44,235 nt of DNA from Octopus bimaculoides (taxonomy: Eukaryota), in contig NC_069000.1 in assembly GCF_001194135.2 (NCBI RefSeq), positions 19,081,015 through 19,125,249 of the forward strand. The letters are read 5' to 3'. The notes below the pieces were generated by a model, which searched no databases, was not told the origin of the DNA, and saw only the letters and a program-made list of their open reading frames with translations. Within the stretch, counting starts at the first letter, position 1, and each line of letters opens with the position of its first letter. The position numbers and the translations under genes are program-made. Below, one piece after another: positions 37,800 through 44,235 of the stretch.

Positions 37800-38355
37800 T
37801 AGCCTCTCCTAGACATCTAGTAGATACCTAACATGTCACCAAGAAGGCTATGCACTAAGCATCTAAGAACTGAAAACAGCTACTAAATACTTCATCCAAA
37901 AGTACGACAAAGAAGCCTGTAAGCCTCCATATTGTGATACAAAATGGATGTTGATTGTGCCAGAATGGTAGACATCATCCATGTCATCAGCAGCTGTCCA
38001 AAAATACCTGTAAAGTACTACCTTCTTATCAGATACAACTTTGTTGCTGAAACCATTTACAGTGCTATGCACAAGAAGTGTTCCTATGGCCATACCAAAG
38101 TGTATCTGCACCTTTAAAGACTACTGGCAGAACATTCCAATAAAAACAGCACCTGGTGCAAACAAACTAGGCCTGATATTATTCTATGGGAGAGGGGGAA
38201 AAAATCATGCTCTACTGTAGGTTAGCTACATCATGACAGTGAATGTCTCATACAAATTGGAGAATAGATGAACATCTCTGGAGAACTAATGAGAAACTAC
38301 AAACCTTATATCCAGGCCAAAAAATTTCAATTGTACCCAGAGTCAATAGGACTTC

Positions 38356-38401
<46 letters not shown>

Positions 38402-38470
38402 ACAAGTGGTGCCCTCTGGATATTCCCATTAATACAAAGTGACTATCTCCTCACAACACAAGGTGGGAGT
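37800..38470 (+). mobile_element. Non-LTR retrotransposon C-terminal relic with CCHC knuckle and restriction-like endonuclease (R4/NeSL-type)
   Basis: GC*LCQ...VDIIHVISSCPK...IRYNFVAETIY and TRPDIILWER; interrupted by (TA)n(CA)n. Confidence 0.75.
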
Positions 38471-38562
38471 AGAAATTTTTGTGCTACTTTAATAGGTTTG
38501 TGTAGTTAACATGCTTAGAGAAACCAATTTTAGCAATGTATGTGTTTATGTATGTTTGTATG

Positions 38563-38669
<107 letters not shown>

Positions 38670-38859
38670 CTGTATAGATCTGTGTGTATGTTTGTTACCT
38701 TAACAGAGGTTTCAAAGTGAGAGTGGAGAATGATATTAAAGTTCATAGAAGACCAAAATTTGACAAATAGTTGTGGTTGAGTAAACAGTAGTTCTAGGCA
38801 GACATTTAACCCGCCTGCTTTATGTATGTGTATGTATGAACAAAGATGCACATACATAC

Positions 38860-39095
38860 ACATATGGATTAAAGTTTCCTTCCTGAGCCATAGGCTCATA
38901 AGGCTAGTTTCCTAGATTCTGTGGTGTATGTATTAACCTACCCCCTCCCCACCATGGATGGGAAGCAACTCCATAAAAGGATTACTTACTTTTGCTAGCT
39001 GTGTGAATTGGAACCATGTGAAAGGAAGTATTTTGCTCAAGAACACAATGCATTACCTGGTCTAGGAATCAAAACCACAATCTTATGATCACCTT
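38860..39095 (-). mobile_element. tRNA-derived SINE (third family), reverse strand
   Basis: Reversed tRNA-like head ...ggaatcaaaaccacaatctt and body ttttgctcaagaacacaatgc. Confidence 0.6.
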
Positions 39096-39121
39096 GACAA
39101 CTAAGCTTACATCACTACATT

Positions 39122-39480
39122 CATATCATCATCATCATCATCGTTTAACGTCCGCTTTCCATGCTAGCATGGGTTGGACGATTCGACTGAGGACTGGTGA
39201 AACCAGATGGCAACATCAGGCTCCAATCTGATTTGGCAGTGTTTCTACAGCTGGATGCCCTTCCTAACACCAACTACTCCGAGAGTGTAGTGGGTGCTTT
39301 TACGTGTCACCCGCACGAAGTCCAGTCAGGCGGTACTGGCAACGGCCACGCTCAGAATGGTGTATTTTATGTGCCACCCGCACAAGAGCCAGTCCAGGGG
39401 CACTGGAAACGAACTCGCTCGAATGTCTTTTCACGTGTCAGGAAGGCAACGTTGGTAACAGTCACGCTCAAATGGTGCTA
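39122..39480 (-). mobile_element. RTE 3' end / RTE-tailed SINE with internal tandem subrepeats
   Basis: (CAT)n tail, then gtttaacgtccgctttccatgctagcatgggttggacg...ctacagctggatgcccttcc, the reverse complement of 3640-3780; CpGs retained. Confidence 0.85.
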
Positions 39481-41029
39481 AATATATATATCTAGGACAG
39501 GTAAAATTCCAGAGATCCATCAACCACCCACACTGTTTTTAAAGAGAAAGCGATTCTAAGCCACCTATTTTTAGAAACAGAACCATCTTTTGATCATGTG
39601 CCATCAACCAACCATTTTGTTTCTTAAAAAGAAGGGAATTTTGAGCCACCATTTCTCTATAAAATAGTGGTAACTGTCAAATTCTATCCAAATGCATGAC
39701 TACAGCCAGATCCGAGAACTATAAATGGTTTGTTATTTCTCTACTCACTTTTTTTCAATTTAAGATGCTGCAAACAATTATGGTTTTTGATCACAGTGAG
39801 ACTAAAACTTTAACACCCACTGATTGACAAACCAGACATGTTTTATCTTCTTGTCAATGACTTTATTACTTGATTTGGATATATTTAGGTAAACTAATTT
39901 TCTCTTCTTATCATAGTAAAAAAATTTATTACCCGATCTGAATGTTTTTATGTAAACTATTTTTTGATTCATCACAGAGGATACACAAAGAATTTTTTAT
40001 ACCACAGAAGATACACAAAGCCTTATACTTTACTTTTGAAAATCTTTTTAAATAAGTGAAACCGGTTAAGTTAATAAATACTTTTAAAAACTCCTGCATT
40101 TTCAGATTCTTTTCCTTTAATATATATATATATATATAGGTGCTGTCATGCACAGAACAACCATGTATGTATAAAAACTCTTATACATATGCACACACAT
40201 ACTGGAAATATACTGTTAAATAAAATGCTTTAAACTCTCAGGCACAGGTAGTAGCCCTGTCCCAGTTATAAGACAAATAACTCCATCTAACTCCATACTT
40301 GGCTCTCTTTTGCATTCTCTGTCTCAGTCTCACTCTCTTGCACGCACGCGCACACACACGCATGCGCACACACACACACTACCACACCACATCACATCAC
40401 ACGCATGCACACTTTCACTCCATATGCATATCTACTAACCAAAACACTGGCTGGTGACTGGAGTAAAAACTCAGCAGATTAATATTGTAGTGGATCAACA
40501 GTTGCACGATGAAGAAGTGTCTACAGGAACTGCTTTCTACCCGAAAGAAACTATGAACTACTCCAGGGTGTATGTATACATATCCTTCAAAAACTGTAGG
40601 GGATTTCCATGTTTTAACCATCAGAGATAACATTTTGCAAATAAAGCAATTTTGAAAAATTCAAACTTTTTTTCATACTTACTCCTCTCCATTAGAGAGG
40701 ATGTACCTGACTGTAACATTCCCACTTAATTGCTTACTGAAAATTTTTTTCAGAATTCTGTTTTAAACAGAAGATTATGATTCTATGAAAAATCAGGTTA
40801 GGGTTTTGGGCCAGGGATGGGTTCAGTATTTTAGGCCAAAATTGAAGCTTAGATTTTTGGGTTAGTGTTGAGGGTTAAACAGAGAACAGGGTTAAAAACA
40901 TCCCAGTTGGAAGAAATATTTCGTTTCTTTTTGTTTTTTGTTTTTTTGGAATTATAATCTGCAATTTAAAACAAGCCCCAAAAAGTCATATGGATCATTG
41001 TCTGGAGACTACATTAATTGAAATGTAGA

Positions 41030-41225
41030 TATATTCTTTTATTCTTTTACTTGTTTCAGTCACTTGACTGCGATCATGCTGGAGTATCATCTTCAGTTGA
41101 ACAAATCAACCCCAGGACTTATTCTATCGGTTTCTTTTGTCAAACCGCTAAGTTACGGGAGGCTGTAATCACACCAACATCAGTTGTCAAGCAATGGTAG
41201 GGGGACAAATAGACATACAAATACA
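41030..41225 (-). mobile_element. Family A SINE 3' half, reverse strand
   Basis: attcttttacttgtttcagtc...ccccaggacttattc...gggggacaaa. Confidence 0.8.
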
Positions 41226-41272
41226 TATATATATATATATATATATATTGTTACAGTCTTTCAGATACCGTC

Positions 41273-41310
41273 CATGATGAATACCACAAGGTATTGAAAA
41301 TACGTATTCG
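41273..41310 (+). ncRNA. Hammerhead-like motif with altered position 3 and no clear stem I
   Basis: (A)TGATGA-ATACC-ACAA-GGTAT-T-GAAA, then perfect palindrome AATACGTATT and C. Confidence 0.35.
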
Positions 41311-42012
41311 CCTTTATATATTTAATCCGTTATATTGAACACTCAATATTTCATATATTCAATAAGACATATTCCATATATTCAAAAAGACATTCAATAC
41401 TTCATTTCATTGTACCATCCATTTTTACATTATATATTATATATTCCATATTCTATATCCCACATTAATTTTACAAAAATATACATAAAACATAAAAAAC
41501 GGACAGAGTTGGAACTCTTTTAAATAAAATAATATATTCCTCTATACACGATCATACAAAACCTATTTTTTGTATTNNNNNNNNNNNNNNNNNNNNNNNN
41601 NNNNNNNNNNNNNNNNNNNNNNNNNNNNNNNNNNNNNNNNNNNNNNNNNNNNNNNNNNNNNNNNNNNNNNNNNNNNNNNNNNNNNNNNNNNNNNNNNNNN
41701 NNNNNNNNNNNNNNNNNNNNNNNNNNNNNNNNNNNNNNNNNNNNNNNNNNNNNNNNNNNNNNNNNNNNNNNNNNNNNNNNNNNNNNNNNNNNNNNNNNNN
41801 NNNNNNNNNNNNNNNNNNNNNNNNNNNNNNNNNNNNNNNNNNNNNNNNNNNNNNNNNNNNNNNNNNNNNNNNNNNNNNNNNNNNNNNNNNNNNNNNNNNN
41901 NNNNNNNNNNNNNNNNNNNNNNNNNNNNNNNNNNNNNNNNNNNNNNNNNNNNNNNNNNNNNNNNNNNNNNNNNNNNNNNNNNNNNNNNNNNNNNNNNNNN
42001 NNNNNNNNNNNN

Positions 42013-42063
<51 letters not shown>

Positions 42064-42636
42064 ATATACGTAAATGATGATTCAGAAGTCCCTTTCATTT
42101 GAATGATATATGAAATTTATATTTTATATTGTATTTTGTTTCTTTCATATTCTTAATACTATCTTTGCTATGATGAAAATATCTGTTGATAAATATTGTT
42201 CTGTAAATTTAAAAAAAAACAAAAAAACGTCATTATCAAAATATGAGAGGGAATTCATTGTCCTAAAAATAGCAGAGTTTGACATAACTACTGTTCAACT
42301 GTCCAGGTAAGCTAATTCTATTTCCAGTGGGTAGGGGGCGAGGCAGTTGGCAGTATGAACAACAGAGCAGTCCATGAACTATCTTTGCATCCTTTTATTG
42401 TGGCAGTCAGTGATGGTGGTGGGTTAGACAATGAATGTAGTGAAGGTTCCTTAAGAGTGATGAGAAGGTGGGCCGTGAGAAGGAGGCAGAGAGGGAACAA
42501 GAGACGATACAAATAAGAAGCACAACAGACCTCTCATACAAGCCAGTTTATATCAATAGTAAATGAACTTTTACTCACCCTGTGAGAGTGTGTATGTCTA
42601 ATGAGTGTGTGCGCGCACGCGCAGTCATTTATTTAA

Positions 42637-42857
42637 CCCTTTAGTGTTTGCATTATTCTGCCAAAATTAATGCTTTTTCATCCACATTGTTTTGAACTAA
42701 TCATGCATTATCTTGTAGCTATGAGATTTTGATGACGTAGCTGTTAATTTTTAAAACGGTATTGTAGGGTTGGTGTGAGAGACCAGATTTGGCCAGTTTG
42801 AACATAAAACATGCAGAATACTTTTAGCCGGATATGGCCGGTTTGAATGCTAAAGGG
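42637..42857. mobile_element. piggyBac-type MITE (221 bp)
   Basis: TTAA|CCCTTTAGTGTT...AATGCTAAAGGG|TTAA: TTAA target duplication, CCC/GGG termini, short TIRs. Confidence 0.85.
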
Positions 42858-42984
42858 TTAAAGTTCATTTTTCCATGCTAGTATGGGTTAGACCGAGACA
42901 TATTTGAGGTAGGATGGGGATGGGATAAACTACTTGCATCAACTTGCTATAAAAGCAGGTAGTAATTTTACCTTGTACTTATTC

Positions 42985-43375
42985 TTAGTGCACGTTTTGA
43001 AGAGTGCAGTTCGATTTTAACAGTTATTCTTTCAAAGTTATAATGGAAGTGACAAAGGAGCATATTTGGCATATTTTGCTTTATGAGAAAGAGGAATATT
43101 AATGCAGCATATGGAGATCAGATAATAAGCATAGGTCAGTGTCAACAGATGTTCCAAAAATTCTGAGCTGGAAACTACAGTTTAGAAGACGAGCCTCATC
43201 CTGGAAGATCTGTAGAGCTCGACAAGGACGTCCTGCAAACCCTGGACACCAGGGTTTGCAGGATGAACAAAATCCCATCGTAACTCTTGAGGAACTAACT
43301 GAGAAGCTTGGATTTGGTTATTCAACCATTCAACACTTGTGTGCCACCAGAAAAGTCAGCAAATTGGGTCCTTTC
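42985..43375 (+). mobile_element. Mariner relic, N-terminal DNA-binding region
   Basis: MEVTKEHIWHILLYE...SLEDEPHPGRSVELDKDVLQTL...EQNPIVTLEELTEKLGFGYSTIQH...KVSKLG. Confidence 0.88.
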
Positions 43376-43585
43376 TCTGTTTACTTGTCCTGCTTACCAT
43401 TTTTCTCTCTCATTGTTTGCATATTTAACTTGTTTATTTACATATTTCATATTGTTTGCACAGTTGGTGACATCCTGTACCCATATATGCATATATATAT
43501 ATATATAAATTGTATATTGTATAAAGGATCGTAGCTAAGGCCAAAACAATGCAAAGTAAATGCAAGGTAAATCACAAGAAACCAA

Positions 43586-43832
43586 ATATGTGAATTAATG
43601 TAGACTTACCTTGTATTCAATATTTCAGGGTTATGATCCCATTTTCAAGAAAGTGACAACTGTTGCCAATGTGCGTGTGTGTGAGTGTTCGCCAAAAGAG
43701 GCTGATAGAATAAGTACCAGGTTTAAAAAATATAAGTACAAACGCTCACCAGCAACAATCATCAATTTCTTGAAAATTGGGTCATAACTCCGAAATATTG
43801 AATACAAGGTAAGTCTACATTAATTCACATAT
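43586..43832. mobile_element. Inverted-repeat element with ~70-bp arms carrying hammerhead-like motifs and a SINE fragment in the spacer
   Basis: Outer 41 bp of the arms are perfect reverse complements (atatgtgaattaatgtagacttaccttgtattcaatatttc); spacer contains gatagaataagtaccagg (SINE A-like). Confidence 0.8.
43767..43802 (+). ncRNA. Variant hammerhead motif with U3-A8 core (mirror copy on the minus strand in the left arm)
   Basis: TTC-TTGAAAA-T-TGGGT-CATA-ACTCC-GAAA-TAT-T-GAA; consensus of both arms gives stem II GGGGT/ACCCC. Confidence 0.5.
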
Positions 43833-43984
43833 ATTTTTTATTATTATTATTTAATTGAATGCCACATATCCATTTCCATGTGTATATATATATATACATA
43901 TATATATATAAAAAATTATTTATGAGGGTAGAAATTGATATTAATCAATTTGAACCAGTGGTCTAGCATATTTTTATATATATA

Positions 43985-44075
43985 CTAGCAGAAATACCCG
44001 GCGTTGCCCGGGTTAAAGAGAATAATGAAATCTAAAAACGCCGTCTAGACTACGCATCATCTTTATATATAGAGA
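43985..44075 (-). mobile_element. Complete 91-bp mini-Helitron
   Basis: Minus strand A|TCTCTATATATAAAG...CCCGGGCAACGCCGGG-TATTTCTG-CTAG|T: 5' TC, 3' hairpin plus CTAG, A/T target, no TSD. Confidence 0.85.
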
Positions 44076-44235
44076 TGTATATACACACACGCACCCAAAC
44101 ACACGTATATATATGTATATCAGTATAAATATATGAAAGTCAATGAAGTTTCGTAAAAGAAGGTGATCATGTACATACTTTCATGCTGTTGTGATTATAA
44201 CACCTCGTTGTAAACTATGTTCCTTGTTTTCCCTT

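Noticed and set aside
40440-40580. Open plus frame WLVTGVKTQQINIVVDQQLHDEEVSTGTAFYPKETM with splice-like ends
   Set aside because: Loosely resembles mariner IVTGDEKW...HPKKVM; cannot distinguish a TE relic from an exon
42276-42306. Plus-strand candidate exon ending CAG|gtaagc
   Set aside because: Purine-rich acceptor and no phase-linked neighbours

Overview
AT-rich, microsatellite-dense, gapped eukaryotic genomic DNA. The SINE/LINE repertoire looks like that of an octopod (coleoid) cephalopod; this is an inference from family resemblance, and no search was run. Most of the window is decayed mobile DNA: at least six RTE-clade LINE fragments (some with a PHD-type finger after the RT), three mariner relics, a Ty1/copia pol relic, an RLE-type (R4/NeSL-like) non-LTR fragment, several SINE families, a piggyBac-type MITE and Helitron termini, including a complete 91-bp mini-Helitron. 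Most supplied ORFs are spurious (microsatellite, N-gap or antisense-TE frames). Short, mostly phase-compatible candidate exons suggest a minus-strand host gene running from about 19.5 kb leftwards (product unrecognised, possibly discoidin/F5-8C-like). A possible divergent plus-strand gene starts about 180 bp away. The most interesting observation is a set of minimal type I hammerhead-ribozyme motifs with palindromic stem III, as known from Penelope-like elements. Two sit in outward-facing ~70-80 bp inverted-repeat insertions, one pair carries a compensated U3-A8 core, and another lies behind a tRNA-like SINE head.
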